From an uncultured Gemmatimonadaceae bacterium (lineage in GTDB: Bacteria; Gemmatimonadota; Gemmatimonadetes; Gemmatimonadales; Gemmatimonadaceae), in contig CAWHHI010000016.1 of assembly GCA_963829055.1 (NCBI GenBank), positions 352,001 to 416,000 on the forward strand: a stretch of 64,000 nt of DNA, written 5' to 3'. The translations under genes and the position numbers were made by a program. The notes beneath the pieces are model-generated. The model did not search any database. It was not told where the DNA came from and was given only the letters and a program-made list of their open reading frames with translations. Positions 33,578 to 45,549 of this stretch are shown piece after piece (within the stretch, counting starts at the first letter, position 1; each line of letters opens with the position of its first letter).

Positions 33578-35918
33578 ATGATGCATTACGTTGAACGGAC
33601 CTTCGCCGGTCGTCGTCTCCGCATCGAGACGGGCCGTATGGCGAAGCAGGCCGCTGGCTCGGCCGTCGTCCAGTTCGGAGACACCATGGTCCTCGCCGCA
33701 GTGACGGTGAGTGATCAACAGAGCCCGCTGCCGTTCTTCCCGCTCACGGTCGAGTATAAGGAAAAGACCTACGCGGCTGGCAAGATTCCCGGCGGCTTCA
33801 TCAAGCGCGAGGGTAGACCGCACGACGCTGAAATCCTTTCGGCACGGATCATCGACCGATCGATCCGCCCGCTGTTCCCGGAAGGATTCAAGAACGAAGT
33901 GCAGGTCTTCATCTACGTCATCTCCGCCGACCAGGAGAATGACGCGGACGTCCTCGCGCTCATCGCGACGTCGTACGCGCTGAACGCCTCGAGAATCCCA
34001 TTCTCGGGTCTGATCGGCGGCGTTCGCGTCGGCCGTATCCAGGATAAGTGGGTACTCAACCCGACGTTCCAGCAGCTCGGCTACAGCGATCTGGAGCTGG
34101 TCGTCTCGGCGTCCAATGACTCGATCGTGATGGTCGAGGGTGGCGCGCTCGAGGTGAGTGAGACCGATGTGCTCGACGCGCTCGGCGTTGCCCACAAGGG
34201 CATTCGCGAGCTCATCACGGCGCAGGAAGAGCTTCTGGCCAAGGCCGGTCGCGAGCCGAAGATGGAGTGGACCAAGGCCGTACCGCCCGAGGGCGTCGTC
34301 GCGCGCGTGAAGGCGCTCGCAGAAGGACGCATCAGCGAGGCGCTCAACCAGAAGGACAAGCACACGCGCATCGAAGCCGTGGAGCGCGCGAAGAAGGAGC
34401 TCGCCGAGCAGCTGCTCGTCGGATTTCCCGGACAACTCGAAGGACATTCACACGCTGCTCGGCGACGTCGAGTACAACAGCCTGCGTTCGCAGGTGCTCG
34501 ACACCAAGCACCGCGTCGATGGCCGTGGTCCGCGCGACGTCCGCGCGATCTCGATCGATACGGGATTGCTGCCGCGTGCGCACGGGTCGGCGTTGTTCAC
34601 CCGCGGTCAGACGCAGGCGCTCGTCGTTGCCACGTTAGGCACGGCCGACGACGTGCAGCGTCTCGACACGATCGACGACCCCGCGGAAACGACGAAGTCG
34701 TTCATGCTGCATTACAACTTCCCGCCGTTCTCCACGGGCGAAGTCCGACCCATGCGCGGCACCAGCCGCCGCGAGATCGGCCACGGGAATCTGGCCGAGC
34801 GCGCACTACAGGGCGTTCTGCCGCCGTTCGAGGAGTTCCCGTACACGATTCGCATCGTGTCCGACGTTCTCGAGTCCAACGGCTCCTCGTCGATGGCGTC
34901 CGTTTGCGGTGGCTCGCTCGCGCTGTTCGATGCCGGCGTTCCGACGCGTGCCGCCGTCGCTGGTGTGGCGATGGGCCTGATCAAGGAAGGCGAGCGCTAC
35001 GCGATCCTCACCGACATTCTCGGCACCGAGGATCACCTCGGCGACATGGATTTCAAGGTCGCCGGCACGACGAACGGCATCACGTCGATCCAGATGGACA
35101 TCAAGATCGAGGGACTCGAGCTCTCGATCATGAGCGAGGCCCTCGATCAGGCGAAGGAAGGCCGTCTCCATATCCTTGGTGAGATGGAGAAGGCGCTGGC
35201 TGCCCCGCGGGCCGACCTGTCGCCGTACGCTCCGCGCATCGTCACGGTGCAGATCAACCCCGAGAAGATCGGCGATCTCATCGGCCCGAAGGGCAAGACG
35301 ATCCGTGGCATCCAGGACGAGACTGGCGCAGAGATCAGCGTCGACGACTCGGGTACCGTCACCATCGCGGCCGTTGGCGGCGAGGCGATGGAGCGCGCGC
35401 GCCAGATGGTGCAGGCGATCACGCAGGAGCCGATCGTCGGAGACGTGTACGAGGGACTCGTGAAGAGCACGACGGCGTTCGGCGCGTTCGTGGAAATTCT
35501 GCCGGGCACCGAAGCGCTGCTTCACATCTCGGAGATGCGCCACGGCCGTACGGAGCGCACCGAGGATGTGGTCAAGAAGGGCGATCGCGTGAAGGTGAAG
35601 CTCATCGATCGCGATGAGCGTGGCCGCCTGCGCCTGTCGATGAAGGCGCTGCAGCCGAAGCCGGAAGGCGATACGGGCGAGGGTGCCGGCAACGGCTCCG
35701 AACCGCGTCGTGATCGAGGCGATCGTGGCGATCGCCCGCCGCGTGAGACTGCTGGCGCTGCCGGCGGCGAAGGTAGCGAGCCGTCGTACGCCGCTGCGAC
35801 CGCACCGGAGGAAGGCGAGGCGTCTGGCGAGTCCGCCGAGCGTGGCGAGAGGCCTCGTCGTCCGCGCCGTGGTGGCGGTGGCCGCGGTGGATCAGGCGGG
35901 GGACGCTCGCGCGAGTGA
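33578..35918 (+). CDS. pnp: Polyribonucleotide nucleotidyltransferase (frameshift near 34420)
   Basis: AGKIPGGFIKREG, HGSALFTRGQTQ, SNGSSSMAS, GDMDFKVAG, KH and S1 domains. Confidence 0.98.
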
Positions 35919-37190
35919 TTACCCGCGTCGATACGCGCCTCGCCCCGGCGCTGCGGCGCTCTACGTTACCGAATGGACTGACCGTGCTCTCGGAGACCAT
36001 GCCGGGAGTGCGGTCGGTGTCGTTTGGGGCGTGGGTGCGCTCGGCCTCCATCCACGAAGAGCGTGAACGGATGGGCGTCTCGCACATGCTCGAGCACATG
36101 GTGTTCAAGGGGACGCGTGATCGCTCGGCGCGCGACATCGCGCTGGCGCTCGAGGTGCTCGGAGGATCGCTCGACGCCTACACGGCGCGTGAGCACACCT
36201 CGTTTCAGGCCCGTGTGCTCGATGAGCATCTGCCTCAGGCGGCGGACGTGATCGCCGATCTGATGTTCCGGCCCGTACTCCGCGCCAAGGATCTCACGCT
36301 CGAGCGAAAGGTTGTGCTCGAAGAGATCAGCATGGTCGACGACACACCGGATGACCTCGTGTTCGAGCTGCATAACGAGGCAATGTGGGGGAAGCACCCG
36401 TACGGATACTCGATCCTCGGCACGCGAGAGACGGTGTCCGCGCTGAGTGTCCGCGACCTGCGCGACCTGCACGAACGCGCGTACCACCCCGAGCACGTCG
36501 TCGTCGCTGTCTCGGGGAACGTGGACCATGACTCGCTGCTCGAGACGCTGGAGCGGACGGGGTGGTCGGATATCCCGCGCGGCAACACGCCGCTCGTCGA
36601 GACCGAGCGCCCTAACGCGGTGCCGGCACAGACGCTGCACGTCGATCGCGACTCGACGCAAACGCATCTCGTGTTCGGCGCACCCGCCATCCCGCACGGT
36701 GATCCGCGTCGATACGCGATGACGCTCATCAGCATGTTGCTCGGTGGCGGCATGAGCTCGCGGCTTTTTCAGCGCGTGCGTGAGGAGCTCGGGCTCGCCT
36801 ACTCCGTGTTCACGTACCAATCGTTCCATGCCGACGCCGGCGTGCACGGTGTGTACGTCGGTACCGCGCCGGAAAACGCGGAGGCGGCGGCCGACGCGAT
36901 CCGCACGGAATTGCGCCTGGTGGCGGAGCAGGGCATACCAGAATGCAGAACTGGCCGCGGGCAAAAGCCAGCTGAAAGGCCAGATCACGCTCTCGCTCGA
37001 GAGTGTGTCGTCGCGGATGTATCGCGCCGCGGCGGTGGAGCTGTACAACGAACCGTACAAGCCACTCGACCAGCTGTTGGCGGAGATCGATCGCATCGAC
37101 GGCGACACTGTGGCCGCAATCTGTCGTGAATTCTTTGCACCGGAACTTCACACGGTGCTCAGCCTTGGCCCCGCCGCTTCGGCGGCTTGA
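35915..37190 (+). CDS. M16 family zinc peptidase (frameshift near 36945)
   Basis: HMLEHMVFKGT, LGGGMSSRLFQ.VRE. Confidence 0.95.
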
Positions 37191-37225
37191 CCTGAGACCC
37201 ACCACTTCACCACGACGGCACGACT

Positions 37226-38341
37226 ATGCGCATTGGCGTACCCAAAGAGATCAAGACGAACGAGAATCGTATCGCCCTCGTTCCGGCAGGAGCCGAGTCG
37301 CTGGTCGCGGCAGGCCACACGGTGATGATCGAGCAAGGCGGTGGAGAGGGTAGCGGATTCGCGGACTCCTTGTACACCGACGTTGGTGCGACCATTGCGC
37401 CCGATGCCGCGACGGTCTGGCGCGAAGCCGACATGATCATGAAGGTGAAGGAGCCGATCGAGCCGGAGTGGAAGCACATGCGCCGCGGGCAGGTGATCTT
37501 CACCTACTTCCATTTCGCGGCCGACGAGCGCCTAACGCGCGCACACATGGACTCGGGCGCGATCTGCATCGCGTACGAGACCGTCGAGCTACCGTCGCGC
37601 GAACTGCCGCTGCTCACGCCAATGTCGGAAGTCGCGGGGCGCATGGCCGTGCAGGAGGGCGCGAAGTACCTCGAGAAGCTGTACGGTGGTCGCGGCGTGC
37701 TGCTCGGCGGGGTTCCCGGGGTCGCGCCGGCAAAGGTCGTGATCCTTGGCGGCGGCGTGGTCGGTATCAACGCGGCAAAGATGGCGGCCGGGATGGGCGC
37801 GAAGGTGGTGGTGCTCGACATCTCGCTCGAGCGGCTGCGCTATCTGTCGGACGTCATGCCGGCGAACGTGCAGCTGATCCACTCGAATCGCCACAACATC
37901 CTCGAGCAGATCGAGACCGCGGATCTCGTGGTCGGCGGCGTGCTCATTCCCGGAGCGAAGGCGCCGAAGCTCATCCGGCGTGAAGACCTCAAGCGCATGC
38001 GTCCGGGCTCGGTCATCGTCGACGTGGCCATCGACCAGGGTGGCTGTATCGAGACCATCCACGCGACGACGCACGAGAACCCGACGTATGTGGTCGACGG
38101 CATCATCCATTATGGCGTCGCGAACATGCCGGGCGGCGTCCCGCGTACGTCGACGCTCGCGCTCACGAATGCGACGTTCCCGTATGCCGCGAAGTTGGCG
38201 AACAAGGGGTGGAAGCAGGCGCTCCGCGACAGCCCGGCGTTGCTCAAGGGGCTGAACGTGGTTGATGGCAAAGTCACCTATGCTGGTGTGGCCGAAGCGT
38301 TCGGTATGGAGTACTGCGAACCGGCTGCGTTCATCGCGTGA
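37226..38341 (+). CDS. ald: Alanine dehydrogenase
   Basis: [29 protein letters not shown]. Confidence 0.98.
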   Translation: MRIGVPKEIKTNENRIALVPAGAESLVAAGHTVMIEQGGGEGSGFADSLYTDVGATIAPDAATVWREADMIMKVKEPIEPEWKHMRRGQVIFTYFHFAADERLTRAHMDSGAICIAYETVELPSRELPLLTPMSEVAGRMAVQEGAKYLEKLYGGRGVLLGGVPGVAPAKVVILGGGVVGINAAKMAAGMGAKVVVLDISLERLRYLSDVMPANVQLIHSNRHNILEQIETADLVVGGVLIPGAKAPKLIRREDLKRMRPGSVIVDVAIDQGGCIETIHATTHENPTYVVDGIIHYGVANMPGGVPRTSTLALTNATFPYAAKLANKGWKQALRDSPALLKGLNVVDGKVTYAGVAEAFGMEYCEPAAFIA

Positions 38342-38778
38342 GCCGCGTTCGCGTTCTCCGGCTGCCTAACAATCTGGATCTGCCGCTTCCGTCGCGGCAG
38401 ACGACCGGCTCCGCGGGTTTCGACCTGGCATCCGCGGAGCCGGACTTCGTTCTCGCGCCCGGAGAACGTCGGCTGGTCGCGACCGGGCTTTCGATCGAGC
38501 TTCCGCCGGGGGTGGAAGGGCAGGTACGCCCACGGTCGGGACTCGCGCTTCGGCACGGCCTGACGATGCCTAACGCGCCTGGTACCATCGACTCGGACTA
38601 CCGAGGCGAGTTGAAGGTGATTCTCCAGAATGGCGGACCCCAGCCAGTCACGATCGCGCGGGGGGACCGCATCGCGCAGGTGGTGTTCGCGCGGTATGAG
38701 ACGCCGGAGCTGGTGGATGCGACTGAGCTCGCGGACAGTCCGCGGGGCACTGGAGGGTTCGGAAGCACCGGCCTGTAG
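38338..38778 (+). CDS. dut: dUTPase
   Basis: [31 protein letters not shown]. Confidence 0.98.
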   Translation: MSRVRVLRLPNNLDLPLPSRQTTGSAGFDLASAEPDFVLAPGERRLVATGLSIELPPGVEGQVRPRSGLALRHGLTMPNAPGTIDSDYRGELKVILQNGGPQPVTIARGDRIAQVVFARYETPELVDATELADSPRGTGGFGSTGL

Positions 38779-38781
38779 CCG

Positions 38782-39579
38782 GTGACATCGCGGCGCGGTG
38801 CGATGTTTGCGCTCCAGCCTCGCGTGATCCCACCCGTTCTCTGTTACCACAAGATCGAACGCCGGCGCGAGCTCGGCGTGACGCGCCTGTCTCCACGCCG
38901 TTTCTCGGCACAGATCGGGGCGTTGGCCGCGGCCGGGTGGCGCGGGATGTCGCTCGCGGATTTCGCGGCGACGGTGAGGGGTGAGCGGCGCGGAAGCGGT
39001 CGTGAACTCCTCGTCACCTTCGACGATGCCTACCGCGGTCTTCGCGACTTCGCGTTCCCGGTACTGCGCGACGCGGGGTTCTCGGCCGCGTGTTTCGTGA
39101 TCACGGATTTCGCGGGGCGACTGAACCGCTGGGACGTCGCGTATGGCGGCCGCCGTTTCGCGCACCTGGCGTGGCGCGACATCGAGAGGTGGAGCGCGCA
39201 CGGTGTCTCGTTCGAGTCCCACACGGTGAGTCATCCACGATTGTCGTGGGTGGATGATCGCCGGCTCGCCGAGGAGCTTTCCCGGTCACGGTCGGCGCTG
39301 GCAGCAGCGTTAGGTGCTCCGCCTCACGCGGTCGCGTATCCGTTTGGGGCGGTCGACGAGCGTGTCCGCGCAGCCTCGGTAGCGGCCGGCTACTCGCTTG
39401 GATTCGGCGTCGGTGGTCGGTGGCGCGGTGACCTGCTCGCGATTCCACGCGCTCCAGTGCACAGCTGGTCGCCGCTACTCCCGGCCGTCGGTCCGCTCGG
39501 TCCGTTGGAGCGCGGAGCGTCAGCGCTCGCAGGCCGCTGTTCCGTCGGCACGACGCTCTGGCACCACCTAACGGGATGA
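38782..39579 (+). CDS. Polysaccharide deacetylase (CE4)
   Basis: LCYH, TFDDAY, SHTVSHP, AYPFG. Confidence 0.92.
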   Translation: MTSRRGAMFALQPRVIPPVLCYHKIERRRELGVTRLSPRRFSAQIGALAAAGWRGMSLADFAATVRGERRGSGRELLVTFDDAYRGLRDFAFPVLRDAGFSAACFVITDFAGRLNRWDVAYGGRRFAHLAWRDIERWSAHGVSFESHTVSHPRLSWVDDRRLAEELSRSRSALAAALGAPPHAVAYPFGAVDERVRAASVAAGYSLGFGVGGRWRGDLLAIPRAPVHSWSPLLPAVGPLGPLERGASALAGRCSVGTTLWHHLTG

Positions 39580-39585
39580 TGGTGT

Positions 39586-40776
39586 CTACACGAAGTACTT
39601 CATGACGACCGGGAGCAGCGACGGGTGCCTGACGAGTGCCTCGCCAAAGATCCGGCGCAGCGTTCGTCGTCGTTCAGGAATCCTGTTCACCGTCTGCGCG
39701 AGCGAGTCGTAGAACGCGTCGTCGAAGCGGGCAAGCGCTTCCTTCACCTGATAGAAGCGCACGTGGTCGTCGCCAAGGAGGCGCATCCACCGCGTCTGGT
39801 ACGATGCCAACGCGTCGGCGCCCGTGTTGCCCGCGGCGAGGGCGGAAAGTGCTGTCTCCGCGGCCAGGCGACCCGACTTCATCGCGTTCACGATACCGCC
39901 GCCGGATAGCGGATTGATCATGTGCGCCGCGTCTCCACACAGCATGAGGCCGTCGGCCGTTAGGCGCGGGATCGTCGCGGAGACGATGACGCCACCAATC
40001 GTTCGGCCCGATACTGCCGCGTTAGGAAAGTTCGCCGCCATGTAGTCGTCGAGCCACGCGAGCGCCGATCGGCCTCCGGCGCGCAGACCAAGAATGCCGA
40101 GGCCGACGTTGGCGGATCGAGTGCCCTTCGGGAATACCCATGCGTAACCACCCGGCGCGACGCGGTCACCGAAATGCAGCACGATCGCATCCGCGTCGAT
40201 CGGCTGATCATCGACGACATACTGCGCGCAGCTTTCCATGTCGCGGGCGCGGACGCGCGTGTCGATGCCCGCCCATCTGCCGACAGCCCCCTCGACACCG
40301 TCCGCGCCGACGACGATGCGCGCGCGAATCTCGCCTGTCTCGCCACCCGCAGAGACGCGCACACGCCATCGAGCGCCGTCGCGCTCCATGCTCGTGGCTT
40401 CGACAGACGAGCGGATGTCCGCGCCGGCTGCGCGAGCCTCCACCGCGATCGCTGGTTCGAACCGCGTGCGATCGAGGATGAAGCCAACGTCGCCCTCGGC
40501 GACTCGCACCTCGGTGCCATTCGGCGCGCGAAAGAGAACCCGTGTAATGCGACGCGAGATCCACGGCGCGAGAACACCGCCGGGCGCCGGATCGAGAAAC
40601 TCAGCGACACCGGCGGAGCCGACGCCTTCGCCGCACCGGACCGGCGCACCGATCGCGGCGTCGCGCTCGAGTACGATTACGGAGTGGCTGCGCCCGCGAG
40701 CTGCCGCTTCTCGCGCCGCGATCAGACCCGCAGGTCCGCCGCCAATGATGAGAACATTGCAATCTTCGATGCGCAC
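39586..40776 (-). CDS. Geranylgeranyl reductase-family flavoprotein (resembles archaeal DGGGPL reductase)
   Basis: GGGPAG, PVRCGEG, GADG, PGGYAWVFPKG, GDAA..NPLSGGGI. Confidence 0.9.
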   Translation of the reverse strand: MRIEDCNVLIIGGGPAGLIAAREAAARGRSHSVIVLERDAAIGAPVRCGEGVGSAGVAEFLDPAPGGVLAPWISRRITRVLFRAPNGTEVRVAEGDVGFILDRTRFEPAIAVEARAAGADIRSSVEATSMERDGARWRVRVSAGGETGEIRARIVVGADGVEGAVGRWAGIDTRVRARDMESCAQYVVDDQPIDADAIVLHFGDRVAPGGYAWVFPKGTRSANVGLGILGLRAGGRSALAWLDDYMAANFPNAAVSGRTIGGVIVSATIPRLTADGLMLCGDAAHMINPLSGGGIVNAMKSGRLAAETALSALAAGNTGADALASYQTRWMRLLGDDHVRFYQVKEALARFDDAFYDSLAQTVNRIPERRRTLRRIFGEALVRHPSLLPVVMKYFV

Positions 40777-40792
40777 GAAGCGAGTGGGGCGG

Positions 40793-41011
40793 TTACTCGG
40801 CGATGAGCGAGGCGCGATCGATCATCGCGAGCGCGAACACAGGGCACGGCGCGATGCACTTTTGACACCCTGTGCAGACTGGCGCGTCTATAAGCAGTCC
40901 GCCCTGGCGCAGGTGTATGGCGCTTGGGGGACACAGCGGCACGCAAAGGCCACATGCATCGCAGCGGTTCGCGTCGACGACAGCAACTTGGAGGGAAGCG
41001 ACTCGCGCCAT
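40793..41011 (-). CDS. 2x[4Fe-4S] ferredoxin
   Basis: CDACGLCVPLCP and CTGCQKCIAPCP. Confidence 0.93.
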   Translation of the reverse strand: MARVASLQVAVVDANRCDACGLCVPLCPPSAIHLRQGGLLIDAPVCTGCQKCIAPCPVFALAMIDRASLIAE

Positions 41012-41019
41012 CGCGAGCG

Positions 41020-41086
41020 ACGTTACGGAGTTGCCTAGGTTGTGTCAAGCCAATGCCTTGCTCGCCCATACCCGCTCCGCTACCTT
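41020..41086. promoter_or_regulatory. Back-to-back promoters for ferredoxin/GGR (-) and mreB (+)
   Basis: Minus TTGACA-17-TAACGT (41048-41020); plus TTGCTC-17-TACCTT (41058-41086). Confidence 0.65.
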
Positions 41087-41148
41087 ACGCCCCGATGTGC
41101 TGTTTTTACGACCCTCCGTGCCTCATGGCACGCCTGAGCCCCTGCTAG

Positions 41149-42189
41149 ATGCGCTGGCCCTTTTTGAAAGCGGGAAGATCGTTTTTCCCGGCGAACGCCA
41201 TTGCGGTTGATCTCGGCACCGCCAACACACTGATCTACGTCAAGGGCGAAGGTATCGTTCTCAACGAACCCTCGGTCGTCGCGATCGATCGCGAGTCGAA
41301 GAAGATCAAGGGTGTCGGTCTCGAGGCCAAACGCATGCTCGGTCGCACGCCCGATGGCGTGCTCGCCGTACGACCGATGAAGGACGGCGTGATCGCCGAC
41401 TTCGACGTCACCGAGAAGATGCTCCGGTACTTCCTAACGCTGATCATCGAGAACCACGTGTTCAAGGTGAAACCGCGTGTGATTGTCTGTGTACCATCGG
41501 GCATCACGGAAGTGGAGAAGCGCGCAGTGCGCGATTCCGCGCTCGGAGCAGGCGCCAAGGAAGTGTTCATGGTCGCGGAGCCGATGGCCGCCGCGATCGG
41601 CGTCGGATTGCCGGTCGAGACGCCGACGGGCAACATGGTCATCGACATCGGCGGCGGCACGACGGAGATCGCGGTCATCGCGCTGTCCGGTATCGTGAGC
41701 GATACGTCGATTCGTACCGGCGGCGACGAGCTCGATACCGCGATCGTGCAGTTCATGCGCAAGAACTACAACTTGCTCATCGGCGAGCCGACGGCGGAGC
41801 AGATCAAGATCAACATCGGATCCGCCGCGCCGGTTGGCGACGAGCGCGAGATGGACGTGAAGGGGCGCGACCTCGTCTCCGGAATTCCGAAGACGGTGCG
41901 CGTGCATTCGAGCGAGATTCGTGAGGCGGTCCAGGAACCCATCCAGCAAATCGTCGACGCTGTTCGACGCGCACTCGAGATCACTCCACCGGAGCTCGCG
42001 AGCGACATTGTCGATCGTGGTATCGTCATGACCGGCGGCGGAGCGCTCATCCGCGGACTCGATCTGATGCTGGCGCAGGAAACCGGGCTGCCCATTCACG
42101 TCGACGAGGATCCGCTGACGTGTGTCGTGCGCGGCACCGGTCGCATTCTCGACGACGAAGAGAAATACTGGTCCGTCCTCAGTAGCTGA
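41149..42189 (+). CDS. mreB: Rod shape-determining protein MreB
   Basis: [28 protein letters not shown]. Confidence 0.99.
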   Translation: MRWPFLKAGRSFFPANAIAVDLGTANTLIYVKGEGIVLNEPSVVAIDRESKKIKGVGLEAKRMLGRTPDGVLAVRPMKDGVIADFDVTEKMLRYFLTLIIENHVFKVKPRVIVCVPSGITEVEKRAVRDSALGAGAKEVFMVAEPMAAAIGVGLPVETPTGNMVIDIGGGTTEIAVIALSGIVSDTSIRTGGDELDTAIVQFMRKNYNLLIGEPTAEQIKINIGSAAPVGDEREMDVKGRDLVSGIPKTVRVHSSEIREAVQEPIQQIVDAVRRALEITPPELASDIVDRGIVMTGGGALIRGLDLMLAQETGLPIHVDEDPLTCVVRGTGRILDDEEKYWSVLSS

Positions 42190-42199
42190 GGCACATCCA

Positions 42200-43261
42200 G
42201 TGGCTCGCGCCGTGCGGTCCGGCACACGCGTGGACACCGCGCTCCTGGTGGCCTGTTGTGCAATGGCTCTGCTCGCGACGGTGCTGCCCCTGAACCTGCG
42301 TGAAGCGATCGCTGGAGGGCTACGCCGAACCGTCGTGGCCCCGCTGGTCTCCCTGCAGCAGCAAGCAGAGCGCGGCCGATCGGCGTTCCTCTCGCGGGAA
42401 GCAACCACGAGTCGCCTCGACTCGATCTCGCTTCGCAACATGCAGCTGGCGAAGCTCGAGAGCGAGAACGAGCGGCTCCGCGCGCTGCTCGGCCTCGGGC
42501 GACAGCTGGAGTGGGGCTTCGTCTCCGCCGAAGCGTTGCGTGTCACTGACATCGGCGAGGAGAACACGCGGACGCTGACTGTCGGCTCACGCGCCGGCGT
42601 CGAGCCGAAGACGCCCGTCGTCGCGCCTGAAGGACTCGTGGGCATGGTGCTGACCGTCGACCCGGCGTCGAGCATCGCGATTCTGTGGACGCACACCGAT
42701 TTCGCCGCGAGCGCGATGTCGGCCGACCGCAGTGCCTACGGCATCGTGTATCCCCATCTCTCGGAGTCGGGCCGTGGCGAGGGAACTCCGCCCGAACGGT
42801 ACCTCCTCGAGCTCCGCGGCGTGGCGTTTCGCTCTGCGCTCAAGCCGGGGACGCCGATCGTCACGTCGGGACTCGGGGGCGTGTATCCAGCCGGCATCCC
42901 GATCGGTTCTGTGCTCGGCGAACTACGCACGTCGGAAGGGTGGGCGCGAACGTACCTCGTTCGTCCGGCGGTTCGGCCGCCTGATGTGTCGAACGTGATC
43001 GTGCTGCTACCGGGAAAGACAAAGGACCAATCGCTCGATCGCGTCTGGCGATCGACTGTGAGCGCTGACTCCGCCGCTCGAAGAATCGCAGCCGCCGGGG
43101 ACTCCATTGCGCGTCGCGTCGCTGCTGATTCGGTGCGTGGCGCGGAGGCGGCCGCGGCGCGCCGCGCGGCGGACTCTGTCGCGAAGGGCGTCGCGCGGCC
43201 GGATACCGCGGTGCGCGCACCCGCGCGACCGGCCACGCCGCGACCCGGAGGACGACCGTGA
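42200..43261 (+). CDS. mreC: Rod shape-determining protein MreC
   Basis: ENERLRALL, TSGLGGVYPAGIPIG; synteny. Confidence 0.95.
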   Translation: MARAVRSGTRVDTALLVACCAMALLATVLPLNLREAIAGGLRRTVVAPLVSLQQQAERGRSAFLSREATTSRLDSISLRNMQLAKLESENERLRALLGLGRQLEWGFVSAEALRVTDIGEENTRTLTVGSRAGVEPKTPVVAPEGLVGMVLTVDPASSIAILWTHTDFAASAMSADRSAYGIVYPHLSESGRGEGTPPERYLLELRGVAFRSALKPGTPIVTSGLGGVYPAGIPIGSVLGELRTSEGWARTYLVRPAVRPPDVSNVIVLLPGKTKDQSLDRVWRSTVSADSAARRIAAAGDSIARRVAADSVRGAEAAAARRAADSVAKGVARPDTAVRAPARPATPRPGGRP

Positions 43262-43746
43262 ACTGGACGCGCAGCGCGCGAGCCGTGCTCGCGTTCGCCC
43301 TTCTGGTGGTGCTGCACTACACTGTCAGGCCGCTGCTCGGTTGGCGCACGCCGGTGGACTTTCTCGTGATCGCGGTGCTACTCTCTGCTGTGCGAGTGCG
43401 GCCGGGTGCCGCGGCACTCATCGGTTTCTGCACCGGTCTCGTCGCCGATTCGTTGATGCCGAGCGCGTTCGGTGCTGGGGCGCTGGCCATGACGGCGGTG
43501 GGCGCGACCGCCTCGTGGCTCAAGGCCGTATTCTTCGCCGATAACGTGGTGCTCCACGGATTTTTCTTCTTCGTGGGCAAGTGGGCGTTCGACATCGTCT
43601 ACGTCACCGCTGAGCGGCGCATGCGCGGGGTCGAGCTCGCGACGCAGTTGTTGTTATGGTCCCCTCTGTCGGCCGCACTGACCGCCGTGGCCGGCGTGAT
43701 TCTGCTTCTGATGTTACGCCCGGTGCTGGAGCCGCAAGCTGCATGA
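43258..43746 (+). CDS. mreD: Rod shape-determining protein MreD
   Basis: Hydrophobic 162 aa, G..GL..D motif; synteny. Confidence 0.9.
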   Translation: MNWTRSARAVLAFALLVVLHYTVRPLLGWRTPVDFLVIAVLLSAVRVRPGAAALIGFCTGLVADSLMPSAFGAGALAMTAVGATASWLKAVFFADNVVLHGFFFFVGKWAFDIVYVTAERRMRGVELATQLLLWSPLSAALTAVAGVILLLMLRPVLEPQAA

Positions 43747-43768
43747 GCTTCCACGCATGAGCTTCCAC
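43741..43768 (+). repeat. 14-bp tandem duplication at the mreD/mrdA junction
   Basis: GCATGAGCTTCCAC x2. Confidence 0.9.
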
Positions 43769-45549
43769 CCTAACGAGGTTCAACGACGCGGACGCACGGC
43801 GTCGGTCATACTCGCGGGAGCATTCGTGTTCCTCGCGTCGGCGTTCTTCCGCACGCAGATCCTCGAGCACGCCGCGTACACGCTGCAGTCGGAGACGAAC
43901 CGCCTGCGCGAAGTACCGCTGCCCGCGCCCCGGGCGATCATCTACGATCGGCACGGAGCCGTCATCGCGGAGAATCTGCCCGGCTACTCCGTCTCGATTC
44001 TCGCCAAGACGTCGGACTCGCTTCGCGTCGCGCTTCGTGGACTCGCGGGCGTCATCAACCTAACGCCAGAGCAGATCGAGGCCGCGGTCCGGCGTTTCAA
44101 GCAGGCGCCAAACCGGCCGACGACCGTGCTGGCGGATGCGAGCTTCGACGTCGTCTCGGTTCTCGAGGAGCATCGCGTCGACTACCCCGGTCTCATCATC
44201 CAGGCCGCGCCGAAGCGATACTACCCCGACAAGGAAGCAGTGGCGTCCTTCGTCGGATACACTGGCGAAATCACAGAATCCGAGCTGAACCAGCGTCCGT
44301 ACCGCGGCTACAAGTCGGGCCAGGAGGTCGGCAAGGCCGGACTCGAGCGGCAGTACGAGGCGCAGCTTCGCGGGAAGGAAGGCACACACTTCGTCGAGGT
44401 CGACGCGCGCGGACGCGTCGTCGGCGAGGCAGGCAGTGGGCGTGGCGACGTCGCGCCCGAGTCGCCAGACGCACTCTATACGAACATCGATCTCGATCTG
44501 CAGCGTTTTGCGGCCTCGTTGTTCGGCGACACGTTGCAGGGCGGCGTCATGGCGGTGGATCCGAAGACGGGGGAGGTGCTCGCGATCCATAGTGCGCCGA
44601 GCTTCGATCCGAATCGCTTCATTGGCGGCGTGTCGACTGAGTACTACTCGCAGCTTCGCGACGACCCACGTCGGCCGCTCTACAACAAGGTCATTCAAGG
44701 CCTCTACCCACCGGGATCGACGTTCAAGCTCGCGACGGCGATCATGGGGCTCGAGGCGGGCATCGTCGGGCTGGACGATCACATGCCGACGCCCTGCACG
44801 GGCGGGTACTTCTTCGGCAACCGCTACTTCCGTTGCTGGGACAAGAAAGGCCACGGCAACGTCAATCTGCGGCAGGCGATCGAGAAGTCCTGCGACGTCT
44901 ACTTCTATCAGCTCGGGCTGCGACTTGGCATCACGCGCATGCTCGCGGGCGGCGTGTCGCTCCGCATGAACGACAAGAGCGGCATCGACCTGCCTAACGA
45001 AAAACGGCCGCTCTGGCCATACGCCGCGGAATACTTCAACAAGCGCTACGGCCCCGGCGGCTGGAGCAACGGTGTGCTGCTGAGTCTCTCCATCGGGCAG
45101 GGCGAGAACTCACAGACCGTCGTCAACATGGCGAAGTTCTACACCGCGCTCGCCACGGATGGCTCGGTGGTGCGGCCGGAGATCGTGAAGCGGCAGACGG
45201 AGCGCACGAAGCTGTTCAAGCTGACGGCCGAGCAGATGGCGGGGCTGCAACAGGCGATGGCCGGCGTCGTGTCGTCGCGCGGCACCGCCGCGAGCGCGCA
45301 GATCCAGGGCGTCGTGATCGCGGGCAAGACCGGTACGGCGCAGAGCGGTGTCTTCCGCAACGGCATCGAGTTGAACCACGCCTGGTTCACCGGGCTACGC
45401 GCCCGCTGACGATCCCGAAGATCGTGGTCGTGGTGATGCTCGAGCAGGTGCCGTTTCACGGCACCGTCGCGGCGCTGATGGCGTCGAAGATGATCGAGCA
45501 TTACCTCAAGCGGCCGACTATTCAGGGCGCGCAGTTGGAGGGCGATTGA
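43757..45549 (+). CDS. mrdA: Penicillin-binding protein 2 (frameshifts near 45393 and 45414)
   Basis: PPGSTFK, SCD, KTGTAQ. Confidence 0.96.
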
